Position numbers and translations under genes: made by a program. Below are positions 8,445 through 17,837 of a DNA stretch of 32,000 nt, piece by piece. Within the stretch, counting starts at the first letter, position 1. Every line of letters starts with the position of its first letter. The notes beneath the pieces were generated by a model. The model had not been told where the DNA came from. It saw nothing but the letters and a program-made list of their open reading frames with translations, and made no database searches. The stretch comes from Propionibacterium freudenreichii subsp. freudenreichii (GTDB lineage Bacteria > Actinomycetota > Actinomycetes > Propionibacteriales > Propionibacteriaceae): the NCBI RefSeq assembly GCF_000940845.1, contig NZ_CP010341.1:1260001-1292000 (forward strand). Reading direction: 5' to 3'.

Positions 8445-10000
8445 TTCGCGTCCTTCCCCATGCTCACCAGTGAGCCGGGCAGCGCTGCCGCCCGGTCGGA
8501 CAATGCCGCGTCGTATCCCGGACCGACAAGGCGCTCGAGCGCGGCACCCACCCGGTAGACCTGATCATCGCCCAGGGCCGGCGCCATCACTTGGAATCCC
8601 ACCGGCAGACCGTCGTCGGGTGACGCGCCACAGGGGAAGGAGCCGGCAGCGATGCCTGCCAGGTTGCTGGGAATCGTGCACAGGTCACCCATGTACATGG
8701 CCAGCGGATCGTCAACCTTCTCGCCGAGCTTGAACGCCGTCGTGGGAGCGACCGGGGACACCAGCGCATCGACCCGGTCAAAGGCGGCCGCAAAATCGCG
8801 GGCAATGAGGGTACGCATCTTCTGGGCGGAGCCGTAGTAGGCGTCGTAGTACCCGGCGGACAGGGCATAGGTGCCCAGGATGATCCGACGCTTCACCTCC
8901 GCGCCGAATCCCTGACCGCGACTGAGCCGCATCACCTGCTCAACGGAGTGATGGCCGTCGTCGCCCACCCGCAGCCCGTAGCGCATTGCGTCGTAGCGGG
9001 CGAGGTTGCTGGACAGCTCACTGGGCATGATCAGGTAGTAGGTGGCCAGCGCTTGTTCGAACCTCGGGCAGCTGACCTCGATCACCTCGGCGCCGGCCGC
9101 CTCGAGCTGGGCCACCGCCTCACCGAAGCGCGCCTCGACGCCGGGCGCATAGCCCTCACCACCGAGCTCACGCACCACGCCGATGCGCATTCCGGTCACG
9201 TCGGCGCGTTCCGCGGCCTGGCGGACGGGCGGCACCGGACGATCAAGCGACGTTGAGTCCTGGGGGTCATAGCCGGCGATCACCTGGTGGAGGGCCGCCG
9301 CATCGGCGGCGTTGCGGGCACAGGGCCCACACTGATCAAGGCTCGAGGCCATGGCGATGATCCCGAATCTGCTGACACCGCCATAGGTGGGCTTGACACC
9401 CACCGTGCCGGTCATTGCTGCGGGCTGACGAATCGATCCGCCGGTGTCGGTGCCGATCGCCAGGGGCGCCTCGCATGCCGCCAGTGCGGCCGCCGAGCCA
9501 CCACCGGAACCACCGGGTATCCGCTCGAGGTCCCACGGGTTGTGGGTGGGGCCATAACCGGAGGACTCGGTGGACGATCCGCTGGCGAATTCATCCAGGT
9601 TGGTCTTCCCAAGGATCACCAGTCCGCCTGCCTGCAGGCGACGCACGACGGTGGCGTCATAGGGCGACATCCACCCCTCCAGGATGCGTGATGCGGCCGT
9701 CGTGGGAAGGCCCTGGTAACACAGGAGGTCCTTCACGGCGACCGGCACGCCCGCCAGCGGCGAGAGGCGCTCGCCGGCAGCGATCTGTGCGTCGACCTCG
9801 CCGGCACGGCGCAGGGCCAGATCACGATCGACGGCCAGGAAGGCGTGGACCGCGGGCTCGACAGCATCGATCTGGTCAAGGAAGGCCCCGGTGACTTCGG
9901 TGCTGGACTGTTCGCGGGCGGCGATCCGCCGACCGAGTTCCAGCGCCGGGGTGGTCAGGATGTCGTTGGTCACTGTGGCCTCACTGCTCATCGGAGTCAT
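8441..10000 (-). CDS. gatA: Asp-tRNA(Asn)/Glu-tRNA(Gln) amidotransferase subunit A (amidase signature)
   Basis: Amidase signature [12 protein letters not shown] and [10 protein letters not shown]. Candidate starts are TTG 10003, ATG 10000 and ATG 9991, and all overlap the gatC stop (9981-9983). I chose ATG 10000, but the start is uncertain by about 10 nt. Confidence 0.93.
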   Translation of the reverse strand: MTPMSSEATVTNDILTTPALELGRRIAAREQSSTEVTGAFLDQIDAVEPAVHAFLAVDRDLALRRAGEVDAQIAAGERLSPLAGVPVAVKDLLCYQGLPTTAASRILEGWMSPYDATVVRRLQAGGLVILGKTNLDEFASGSSTESSGYGPTHNPWDLERIPGGSGGGSAAALAACEAPLAIGTDTGGSIRQPAAMTGTVGVKPTYGGVSRFGIIAMASSLDQCGPCARNAADAAALHQVIAGYDPQDSTSLDRPVPPVRQAAERADVTGMRIGVVRELGGEGYAPGVEARFGEAVAQLEAAGAEVIEVSCPRFEQALATYYLIMPSELSSNLARYDAMRYGLRVGDDGHHSVEQVMRLSRGQGFGAEVKRRIILGTYALSAGYYDAYYGSAQKMRTLIARDFAAAFDRVDALVSPVAPTTAFKLGEKVDDPLAMYMGDLCTIPSNLAGIAAGSFPCGASPDDGLPVGFQVMAPALGDDQVYRVGAALERLVGPGYDAALSDRAAALPGSLVSMGKDAK

Positions 10001-10283
10001 CAAGGATGCGAGGCACCCGGAAGCGTTGGTCCTGCTCGGCGGGCGCGCTGCGCAACATCTCGCCGGCGGGCCACGAGAGCTTCATCGCATCGGACCGGAA
10101 GGCGTTGGTGATCGGTACGGCATGTGATGTCGGGGGGATGTCCTCGTCGGCCACTTCGGCGACGCCGGCCACGGCGTTCAGGATGACGTCCAGCTGGGGT
10201 GCGAGTTCGGCCAACTCGTCGTCGGTCAATTCGATGCGCGCCAGGTCGGCCAACCGGCTGACGTCATGCGGCGTGAGAGCCAC
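9981..10283 (-). CDS. gatC: Asp-tRNA(Asn)/Glu-tRNA(Gln) amidotransferase subunit C
   Basis: [38 protein letters not shown] is a typical GatC N-terminus. The GTG at 10283 is preceded by GAAGGAG with an 8-nt spacer. The product is 100 aa; the track ORF start at 10385 is an over-extension. Confidence 0.9.
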   Translation of the reverse strand: MALTPHDVSRLADLARIELTDDELAELAPQLDVILNAVAGVAEVADEDIPPTSHAVPITNAFRSDAMKLSWPAGEMLRSAPAEQDQRFRVPRILDDSDEQ

Positions 10284-10503
10284 GTTCGTTACTCCTTCAT
10301 GTGTCGATGCCGCGGCGCTGGCCGCAGGGGTGAGCGTTACGACTCCCCCGCCGAGGGAGGATGACCACCTCGGTGACGTGGCCATCCTAACGACAACCGG
10401 GTGCTGGGCGACGGCGCCTCCAGCGCATGCGGCGGACGCCGGCGAAACAAGACATTAACGCGGACGGGGTTCCAACCGGAGGATGATTTGAGACAATTGG
10501 GTC

Positions 10504-11130
10504 GTGTTGTTGCTGCGCGTAGAACTGCCCGGTCGACCCGGCGCCCTGGGTCAGGTTGCCACCGCCATGGGCGGTGTCGGCGCTGACATCAGCGCCATCG
10601 AGATCGTGGAGCGCCGTTCGGATGGTCACGTGATCGACGATTTCATCCTGGCCATGCCTCCGGGATCGCTCGCCGAGACGATCATCAATGCCTGTGCCGA
10701 GATGCCCGACGTGAAGGTGCTCTGGTTGTCGCGCTATCCCGACCAATGGAACCTCGAAAGCGACATCGAGGTGATCAACCGGATGTCGAAGCAGCGGGCC
10801 CGCGCAGCGGAGATCCTGACCGAGGACGCACCCACGGTCTTCCGTTGCGAATGGGCGAGTCTGGTCGACCGCAAGGGACTCAAGGTGTTGCACGCCACCG
10901 AGCGGGCGCCCGAGTTCACAGCCGACCAATTGCGCGAGCTCGGTGACTTGGCAAAGGCGGGTCGCCACGCAATGGGCGAGGACTGGATGCCCGACTGGGG
11001 CGATGTGGCGGTCGCGGCGGCGCCGGTTGATGAGGATCGCACACTGCTGGTCGGCCGTCAGGGCGGGCCCGAGTTCCTGGATTCAGAGTTGTTCCGCCTC
11101 GAGCACTTGGCGTCGGTCGCCCGAGCCTGA
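10504..11130 (+). CDS. ACT-domain protein divergent from gatC (the same arrangement as the mycobacterial Rv3013-type protein next to gatCAB)
   Basis: 208 aa. The N-terminal LLLRVELPGRPGALGQVATAMGGVGADISAIEIV is an ACT-like beta-alpha-beta motif. No SD is present. GACAAT ends 6 nt before the GTG, so the mRNA may be leaderless. Confidence 0.7.
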   Translation: MLLLRVELPGRPGALGQVATAMGGVGADISAIEIVERRSDGHVIDDFILAMPPGSLAETIINACAEMPDVKVLWLSRYPDQWNLESDIEVINRMSKQRARAAEILTEDAPTVFRCEWASLVDRKGLKVLHATERAPEFTADQLRELGDLAKAGRHAMGEDWMPDWGDVAVAAAPVDEDRTLLVGRQGGPEFLDSELFRLEHLASVARA

Positions 11131-11150
11131 CGCCGTCAGCCGCCGAGAAT

Positions 11151-11354
11151 TCAGTAGCCGAGAAGTTTGTAGAACACGTACATCAGGACCCCGATGGCGG
11201 TGGTGGCCGCCACCAGCGCGATACTCACCCATATCCGCAACCTCTTCTTCTGGGCCGTCGTGGGCACTTGGTCAGGTCCCCACTCGCCGATGCTTGGACG
11301 CGCCCGCACCGGGGCACCGCCGGTCAGGTCGAGATCAGAGGAGAACCTGCGCAT
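11151..11354 (-). CDS. Small hypothetical membrane protein (67 aa, C-terminal TM helix)
   Basis: The ATG-initiated part of the 115-aa track ORF reads MRRFSSDLDL...KKRLRIWVSIALVAATTAIGVLMYVFYKLLGY, with a basic stretch followed by one clear hydrophobic helix. No family is recognised and the SD is weak. Confidence 0.35.
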   Translation of the reverse strand: MRRFSSDLDLTGGAPVRARPSIGEWGPDQVPTTAQKKRLRIWVSIALVAATTAIGVLMYVFYKLLGY

Positions 11355-11422
11355 AAAGGTGATCCTAACCACCGTCCCTGAGCGCGCGGCATCCGCGCCG
11401 TATGGCGCAAGCACGCCGTGGG

Positions 11423-12409
11423 TCAGCCGCGGGCAACAGCGGCCAGGTCGGCCAGCGCGCGGAAGGCATCGACCGGGTCGGCGGACGCCAGGCCGCACGC
11501 GGGTGTGATCGCCAGGCGCCTGTCCGCGGGACCGCCGGGGTCGGCCTCCAGCTTCCTACGGCACTCGTCGAGTGCTCCCCTGATCGCATCAACTCCGAAC
11601 CCGGGGGTGGATGTGGACAACAGGCCGAGCCACAGCGCGTGGTCCATGCCGGGCCCCGGTTCTGCGGAGAACCATTGTGCCAACGCGTCCCATGAGCCAG
11701 CGTCCAGGCGTTGGGTGTCGATGCTCAGTGCGTCCGGAACCGCGGCCGCCAGTTCCGTCAGGGGTGGGCGGTCAGCGCAGCAGTGAATCACCACGATGTC
11801 CTCGGCCGCCCCACGCGTGGCGTCAACGCAGGCACCCAAGGATTCCTGTACCTCCTGGGCCTCAACCGCCGGCAGGCGGCGACGGCCCGACTCGTCAGGG
11901 ATCGCCCCGGCCAGCACGGCCGGCAACGCCGGCTCATCGATCTGCACCGCCAGGGGACGATCCAGCTGACTGCGAGTATGGGCGATGCGGTCCACGGCCC
12001 CCGCCAGCCACGCCTGGGCCAGGTCCCGACGCGCGCCGGCGTCACCCACGGCACGTCCGCCACGGACGAGGTCGAGACTGGCCAGCAGCGTCCAGGGACC
12101 GGCCATCGTGAGCGTAAGGGTCCCCTGCCAGTCCTCGATCACCTCAGCGGTCATGGTCACGTCGTCGTTGAACAGGGCGGCGGCCCTTCTGCCAACAAGG
12201 GAAGGTCCCGGGGCGAGGCGCCACCCCGAGGGTCGCCGATCGAACGGCATATCGGGCAATATGGCGGCCGTGCGGGCAATCATCGAGGCCTGCGGGCCCC
12301 GGTCGGGCAGCTCGACGATGGGAGCCCTGTCGGGCAGTTCCCCGAGGACTGCGTGCGCGGTGGCGCGCAGGTCCGTGCCGGCGAACGAGCCCAGGGCGGT
12401 GGCGATCAT
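11423..12409 (-). CDS. Cobalamin-independent methionine synthase (MetE C-terminal / UROD-like) family protein, function unknown
   Basis: 328 aa. The N-terminal TALGSFAGTDL...ELP resembles the short MetE-like proteins that are conserved near ligA/mnmA in actinobacteria. GAGGA lies 8 nt upstream of the ATG. The family call is from memory of this motif and synteny, not from a search. Confidence 0.55.
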   Translation of the reverse strand: MIATALGSFAGTDLRATAHAVLGELPDRAPIVELPDRGPQASMIARTAAILPDMPFDRRPSGWRLAPGPSLVGRRAAALFNDDVTMTAEVIEDWQGTLTLTMAGPWTLLASLDLVRGGRAVGDAGARRDLAQAWLAGAVDRIAHTRSQLDRPLAVQIDEPALPAVLAGAIPDESGRRRLPAVEAQEVQESLGACVDATRGAAEDIVVIHCCADRPPLTELAAAVPDALSIDTQRLDAGSWDALAQWFSAEPGPGMDHALWLGLLSTSTPGFGVDAIRGALDECRRKLEADPGGPADRRLAITPACGLASADPVDAFRALADLAAVARG

Positions 12410-12454
12410 GGCTTGATCCTCGCATGTGAGGGGGAGGTCCCGTCCCCCGTGGCC

Positions 12455-13528
12455 CTATTCGTGCTCAGGGACCATGGATGGGCCGGGGGCATGACTGGCA
12501 ACGATCTCGGCAGCGCCGCGCACCCGATCAGCGTCATAGAAGACGATGAACTGTCCGGGTGCAACCCCGGAGACGGGCTCAGCGAAGTGCACGCGCAGTT
12601 GCCCGTCCGCCTCCTCGAGGCGCGCCGGCACCGCCCGTCCATGTGCCCGGAACTGCACGAGTCCCCGCCAGTGCGGGCCGAGTGGCATGCCGGTGTCGGA
12701 CAGGTCTTCGACATCCACCTGACCCACCAACAGCTCGCGACCCTGGCCGACGTGCACCGTGTTGGTCGCGGCGTCCAGGGCGGTGACATAGCGAGGCTTG
12801 CCATCGTCTGCGGGTCGACGCAGGCCGAGTCCCTTGCGCTGCCCCACGGTGAAGTGCTGGATTCCGTGGTGCGTGCCGAGCACCGTCCCCCGGGCGTCGA
12901 CGATGTCTCCCTGCCGGTCCGCCAGCCGGTCAGCGAGGAACTCGGCAGCTCCTCCCTGGGTGACAAAGCAAATATCGGTGGAGTCCGGCTTGTGGGCCAC
13001 GGGAAGGCCCCTGCGCTCGGCCTCCTCGCGCACCTCGTCTTTGGTGGTCACGGTTCCGAGCGGGAACAGGCAGTGGCGAAGGTCGTCCTGGCTGAGTACG
13101 CCCAGCACATAGGACTGATCCTTGCGGGTGTTCGCAGCCCGGTGCAGCCCGATGCTGCCGTCCGGGGCGGGCTCGAGACGGGCGTAGTGGCCAGTGGCGA
13201 CCGCGTCGAAGCCCTCCGCGATCCCGCGACTCAGCAATCCCCTGAACTTGACCTCCCGGTTGCACCGCAGGCAGGGGTTGGGGGTGCGTCCGGCCGCATA
13301 GGAAGTCGTGAAATAGTCCAGGACACGGTCTTCGAAACGATCCCTCAGATCCCACACCACCAACCGGATACCCACGGCGTCAGCGACGGCCCGGGCATCG
13401 CGCGTCTCGGGGACCGAGCCGGCACCAAGCAGCAGGTGGACCCCCATGGCCTCATGCCCGGCCTCCACCACACGGGCCGCGGTGACTGCGGAATCCACTC
13501 CCCCCGACAGGGCAACTGCTACGCGCAC
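12455..13528 (-). CDS. mnmA: tRNA 2-thiouridine(34) synthase
   Basis: PP-loop VAVALSGGVDSAV, followed by NPCLRCNREVKF and TGHYAR motifs. The GTG at 13528 is preceded by AAGAGGAG with a 7-nt spacer. The product is 357 aa; the track ORF start at 13627 is an over-extension. Confidence 0.93.
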   Translation of the reverse strand: MRVAVALSGGVDSAVTAARVVEAGHEAMGVHLLLGAGSVPETRDARAVADAVGIRLVVWDLRDRFEDRVLDYFTTSYAAGRTPNPCLRCNREVKFRGLLSRGIAEGFDAVATGHYARLEPAPDGSIGLHRAANTRKDQSYVLGVLSQDDLRHCLFPLGTVTTKDEVREEAERRGLPVAHKPDSTDICFVTQGGAAEFLADRLADRQGDIVDARGTVLGTHHGIQHFTVGQRKGLGLRRPADDGKPRYVTALDAATNTVHVGQGRELLVGQVDVEDLSDTGMPLGPHWRGLVQFRAHGRAVPARLEEADGQLRVHFAEPVSGVAPGQFIVFYDADRVRGAAEIVASHAPGPSMVPEHE

Positions 13529-13784
13529 GTACGCTCTCCTCTTCGCTTGGATGACGGCCCCGCAGGTGATGGGCTCCTTGACTCGTCGGTGCGAAGCACC
13601 TCCGCAGCCGGGCAACAAGCCGGACACTACGGAAGACGTCGCTCAGCCCATGGTCGCCGGGTAGTCGATAAACTGAATTCTAGGCGTGGGCCGCTCCCGT
13701 GGCACCACGCCGCGTTGCCGTGAAGACCGTGACGCACCTGAAGCACACGCCACCAACCGGGTGGCGCGTAGGAAGTACACCTGG

Positions 13785-15977
13785 ATGACTGAGATCAACC
13801 GTTCCGATGCCGCACACGTGCTGGGAGCCCATCTGTCGGCAGATGGCTGCCATTTCGGGCTGTGGGCACCCCGAGCCGAGAGAGTTGAGCTCGCGCTGGT
13901 TGATGGCGATGGCTCCACCCAACGCAATGTCGACATGACCCCGGACGGAGGTGCCTGGTCGGTCTTCGTGCCCGATGTGGTGGCAGGCCAACGTTATGGC
14001 TTCCGCGTACATGCCCAGTGGGACCCGGATCAGGGGCTGCGAGCCAATCCCGCCAAGCTCCTCGTCGACCCCTATGCCCGTGCGATCACGGCGGGCGTCG
14101 ACTACTCCGGGCCCATTTTCGATCACGTTCCCGGCTCGTACTTCGAACCCGATACCCGCGATTCGGCCGGCTCCGTTCCGTTGTCCGTGGTGGTCGCCGA
14201 CAGTCCGGCCCCCGAGCCGATTGCCGAACGGCGTCCGCTTGAGGAGTGCGTGATCTACGAGACGCATGTCAAGGGACTCACCCAGCTGCATCCCACGGTT
14301 CCCGAGCACCTGCGGGGACGGTTCGCTGGCGTGGCCTATCCGGCCGTCACCGAGCATCTCAAGAGCCTGGGTGTCAACGCGGTGGAATTCCTGCCGGTGC
14401 ACCACTTCATCTCCGAGCCATTCGTCATGGGCCGGGGATTGTCGAACTACTGGGGATACAACTCACTGGGATTCTTTGCCCCGCACGCCGCCTACTGTTC
14501 GGTCGGCACCGAGGGCGATCAGGTTGCCGAGTTCAAGGAAATGGTCACCGCGCTGCATCGTGCCGGTATCGAGGTCATCCTCGACGTCGTGTACAACCAC
14601 ACCTGCGAGGGCAACCATGAGGGTCCCACATTGAGCTTCCGGGGGATCGATCACCGCGGCTACTACCGCCTCACCGATGACCTGCGCAATGACTACGACA
14701 TCACCGGCACCGGAAATTCGGTCAATACCGCGCACGCAGACGTCCTGGCGATGGTCGTCGATTCGATGCGCTATTGGGTGCAGGAGATGGGCGTTGACGG
14801 ATTCCGCTTCGATCTGGCCACAGAGCTGATCCGCGACGGCGAACACCACGTTGACCAGAACCATGACTTCAAGAAGCTCATTGCCCAGGATCCGGCATTC
14901 AAGGGCGTGAAGATGATCGCCGAGCCGTGGGACCTGGGCCCCTATGGCTATCAGGTCGGGAACTGGGGACCGGGGTGGAGCGAGTGGAATGATCGCTTCC
15001 GCGGATATATGCGCGACTACTGGCGCGGTCAGGTTGATGGCGTTGACGAGCTCGCAACCCGCCTGAGCGGCTCCGCCGACCTGTTCGACCATGATGATCG
15101 ACCGCCTTCCAGCTCGATCAACTTCTTTGATGCCCATGACGGCTTTCCGCTGCGCGACCTGGTCACGTACAACGAAAAGCACAATGAGGCCAACGGTGAG
15201 GACAACCGCGACGGCTCCGACGACAACCGCTCGTGGAACTGTGGCGTTGAGGGGGAAACCGCGGACGAGGTGATCAACGCCCTGCGCCATCGTCAGATCC
15301 GGAACATGGTCGCCACGCTGATGCTTTCTGACGGCGTTCCCATGTATTGCGCTGGCGACGAGATGGGGCGTACCCAACAGGGCAACAACAACGCATATTG
15401 CCAGGACGGCCCGATCAATTGGTTGCGGTGGGACCAGATGGAGGAATGGGGCGACGTGCTCGACACGGTGCGCACCTTCACCGATCTGCGCATGTCCACT
15501 CCCCTGCTCCACGCCAATGATTACCGTTACCGCACAGAGGTCACCGACCCCGCCGGTGCCGGTCTCGGTCGCTACGAGCTTGCCTGGATGAACGGCTCCA
15601 GTGGCGAGATGGGCGAGGCCGATTGGCATGACGGCTCCCGACGCCTGCTCGGGATGTACGTCTCGGACGCCTCCTCCGTGGCATATCTCAGCTGGTTCTA
15701 CTCCGGCGATCAGCCCATCCAGGTGCAGATGCCACCCGCGCCCTGGGGAGAGAGCTTCCACATCGTGGCGTCGACCTGCGAAGACGGCGAGGTGCCCGAT
15801 GCCGACCTGGCTCCCGGCGATTCGTTCACGATGCCGCCCCGAACCGTGGTGACGATGCGCGTCGCCGTGATGACCACGGCGCCGGTTCCCGACGATCAGC
15901 CAGTCACCGATCAGGAGATCGCTACCGGGGATCCGCATATCCCGGACACACCGGAGGCCGCGGCCCACACCAGCTAG
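13785..15977 (+). CDS. glgX: Glycogen debranching enzyme (isoamylase-type GH13)
   Basis: LGAH....G..F.LWAPRAERVEL N-terminus, followed by YWGYN, DVVYNHT, GFRFDLA, AEPWD and FFDAHDGF GH13 motifs. The ATG at 13785 is in frame within track ORF 13686-15977. Confidence 0.93.
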   Translation: MTEINRSDAAHVLGAHLSADGCHFGLWAPRAERVELALVDGDGSTQRNVDMTPDGGAWSVFVPDVVAGQRYGFRVHAQWDPDQGLRANPAKLLVDPYARAITAGVDYSGPIFDHVPGSYFEPDTRDSAGSVPLSVVVADSPAPEPIAERRPLEECVIYETHVKGLTQLHPTVPEHLRGRFAGVAYPAVTEHLKSLGVNAVEFLPVHHFISEPFVMGRGLSNYWGYNSLGFFAPHAAYCSVGTEGDQVAEFKEMVTALHRAGIEVILDVVYNHTCEGNHEGPTLSFRGIDHRGYYRLTDDLRNDYDITGTGNSVNTAHADVLAMVVDSMRYWVQEMGVDGFRFDLATELIRDGEHHVDQNHDFKKLIAQDPAFKGVKMIAEPWDLGPYGYQVGNWGPGWSEWNDRFRGYMRDYWRGQVDGVDELATRLSGSADLFDHDDRPPSSSINFFDAHDGFPLRDLVTYNEKHNEANGEDNRDGSDDNRSWNCGVEGETADEVINALRHRQIRNMVATLMLSDGVPMYCAGDEMGRTQQGNNNAYCQDGPINWLRWDQMEEWGDVLDTVRTFTDLRMSTPLLHANDYRYRTEVTDPAGAGLGRYELAWMNGSSGEMGEADWHDGSRRLLGMYVSDASSVAYLSWFYSGDQPIQVQMPPAPWGESFHIVASTCEDGEVPDADLAPGDSFTMPPRTVVTMRVAVMTTAPVPDDQPVTDQEIATGDPHIPDTPEAAAHTS

Positions 15978-16188
15978 TTTCCGCGGCCCAATCCCCCCGG
16001 GCCGACCCCGTGCAAGCACTTCGGACACGCCAACCACCGCGTTGTGGATAACTATTTTTCTCCGGTGGAAGTTTGGTGTGACTAGGCGGATTGCCCGCAT
16101 GCCGAGTCGCGTGTTGCTTTGTGGTGGCGTTTTGGGGTGTTTTGCGTGCCATGATGTTCGCGAACTGCTCGTCGATCATGGGAGCTCG

Positions 16189-16512
16189 ATGCGGATGTCC
16201 AGCCGATCAATGCGTGCCGGGGCCATTGCCCTGGCAGCGGTGATGATGTCGTCGATGGTGGCCTGTAGTGGCCCCTCGGCCTCGGAGAAGGCCTCCGCCT
16301 CGTTCCACAACTCGGTGAGTGCCGCACGGGACGCCCTGTTCGAAGAGGCCAAGGCCACCAACCAAGGATTCTTCGACCTCGAGGAGTCATTACTTCTCCA
16401 GGGTGGTACACAGACCCCGCCCCCCGATATGTCCAGGTTTGTGATGGGTGAATTCGCCGACGACGTATCTGAGCACAACGCGATCGTCCAACGGGAGGCG
16501 CTTGACCCCTGA
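16189..16512 (+). pseudogene. 5' part of a lipoprotein-like gene, apparently truncated by the IS insertion
   Basis: MRMSSRSMRAGAIALAAVMMSSMVAC-SG has a basic n-region, a hydrophobic core and a lipobox-like MVAC. The terminating TGA (16510-16512) coincides with the first bases of the IS left inverted repeat. Confidence 0.5.
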
Positions 16513-16563
16513 TCTTGGACACGCTGATTCCAGCACGGCGCTGGGGAAGCGAGAATTCAAGGG

Positions 16564-16893
16564 ATGGCAAGGAAGAACTACACGGACGAGTTCCGGCAGC
16601 GGGCGGTGGACTTGTACGAGTCCACGCCCGGCGGGACGTTGAAGGGCATCGCAGCGGACCTGGGTATCTCCCGCGGCGCGCTGCGGGAGTGGGTCGAGAA
16701 GCATGGCTCGGGCACGACGACCGCCGACAGCATGTCGCCGCCCACGTCGGGTCGGTCAGAGTCCCAGGCAGCGCGGATCGCGCGGCTCGAGGCCGAGCTG
16801 GCCCAGTCGAGGGCGGAGAAGCTGAAGCTCGAGACGGAGCGGGACATCCTCCGTCAGGCGGCGAAGTATTTCGCCGGGGAGACGAACTGGTGA
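16564..16893 (+). CDS. IS3-family transposase OrfA (HTH plus leucine-zipper region)
   Basis: 109 aa. MARKNYTDEFRQRAVDLY...GIAADLGISRGALREWV is the canonical IS3 OrfA HTH, followed by a coiled-coil (ARIARLEAELAQSRAEKLKLETERDILRQAAKYFA). Confidence 0.9.
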   Translation: MARKNYTDEFRQRAVDLYESTPGGTLKGIAADLGISRGALREWVEKHGSGTTTADSMSPPTSGRSESQAARIARLEAELAQSRAEKLKLETERDILRQAAKYFAGETNW

Positions 16894-17810
16894 ACCGCTT
16901 CCAGTTCGTCGAGGACCACAAGGACGCCTACGGCGTGAAGCGGTTGTGCGAGGTCATCGAGATCGCGAGGTCGTCGTTCTACGCCTGGCTCGCGGCGGCC
17001 CCGGGACGGGCGGCGAGAGCGGCCGAGGACGCGGCCCTCGCCGCGCGGATCCGGGTGCTGCAGGACCCCGCCCAGGGCGGCGACCGCGCCTACGGGGCAC
17101 CGCGGATCACCGCCGACCTCAACGACGGCGTCACCGCTGCCGAGCGGGTGAACCACAAGCGGGTCGCCCGGGTGATGCGCGCGCATCAGCTCGCGGGGAT
17201 CCGGCTACGCCGGCGGGTGAAGACCACGATCCCGGACCAGTCCGGACGCCGCTTCCCCGACCTGATCGGGAGGGATTTCTCCATCGGCGAGCCGAACCGC
17301 CGGTATGTCGGCGATATCACCTACCTTCCCATCGCCGACGGGTCGAACCTGTACCTCGCGACCTGCATCGACCTCGGCTCCCGGAAGCTCGCGGGTTGGC
17401 AGATCGCAGACCACATGCGCACCGAACTCGTCGAGGATGCACTCCGCGCCGCGGCCCGCGACCGCGGGACGCTGGCCGGCGCGATCTTCCACAGCGACCA
17501 CGGCAGCGTCTACACCTCGAAGGCCTACGCAACCCTCTGCGAGCACCTGGGCGTGACCCAGTCCATGGGTGCGGTGGGCACGAGCGCCGACAACTCCCTT
17601 GCGGAGAGCGTCAACGCGACGCTCAAACGCGAGCTCCTCGAAGGCGCTTCAGCGTTCCCCGACCAGGCCACCGCCTACCGGGCCGTGTTCCGGTGGGCGA
17701 ACCGCTACAACACCCGACGGCGCCACTCCGCGATCGGCCACATCAGCCCGAGCACCTACGAAGCCGCCTACGCGGCGACCGCGTCCGCTACCCTCACGGA
17801 AGCGGCATAA
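16890..17810 (+). CDS. IS3-family transposase OrfB (DDE integrase core), probably expressed as an OrfAB fusion by a -1 frameshift
   Basis: The frame is -1 relative to orfA. DDE residues sit in YVGDITYLP, FHSDHGSVYTS and NSLAESVNATLKRE. The GTG at 16890 overlaps the orfA stop (GTGA). This frame stays open upstream to 16515. Confidence 0.9.
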   Translation: MNRFQFVEDHKDAYGVKRLCEVIEIARSSFYAWLAAAPGRAARAAEDAALAARIRVLQDPAQGGDRAYGAPRITADLNDGVTAAERVNHKRVARVMRAHQLAGIRLRRRVKTTIPDQSGRRFPDLIGRDFSIGEPNRRYVGDITYLPIADGSNLYLATCIDLGSRKLAGWQIADHMRTELVEDALRAAARDRGTLAGAIFHSDHGSVYTSKAYATLCEHLGVTQSMGAVGTSADNSLAESVNATLKRELLEGASAFPDQATAYRAVFRWANRYNTRRRHSAIGHISPSTYEAAYAATASATLTEAA

Positions 17811-17837
17811 CCCCGAACCGACACCGTGTCCACGATC

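Noticed and set aside
11711-13723. 670-aa plus-strand ORF
   Set aside because: It is entirely antisense to the well-supported MetE-like and mnmA genes. The translation is Arg/Gly/Pro-rich with no recognisable motifs. It is a typical long open antisense frame in high-GC DNA.
15984-16004. Short hairpin CGGCCC-N9-GGGCCG after glgX as a terminator
   Set aside because: The stem is only 6 bp and has no U-tract. Such GC stems occur by chance in this composition, so I did not list it as a feature.
14463-16100. 545-aa minus-strand ORF
   Set aside because: It is antisense to glgX, whose GH13 motifs are unambiguous. No motifs are present and the composition is artefactual.
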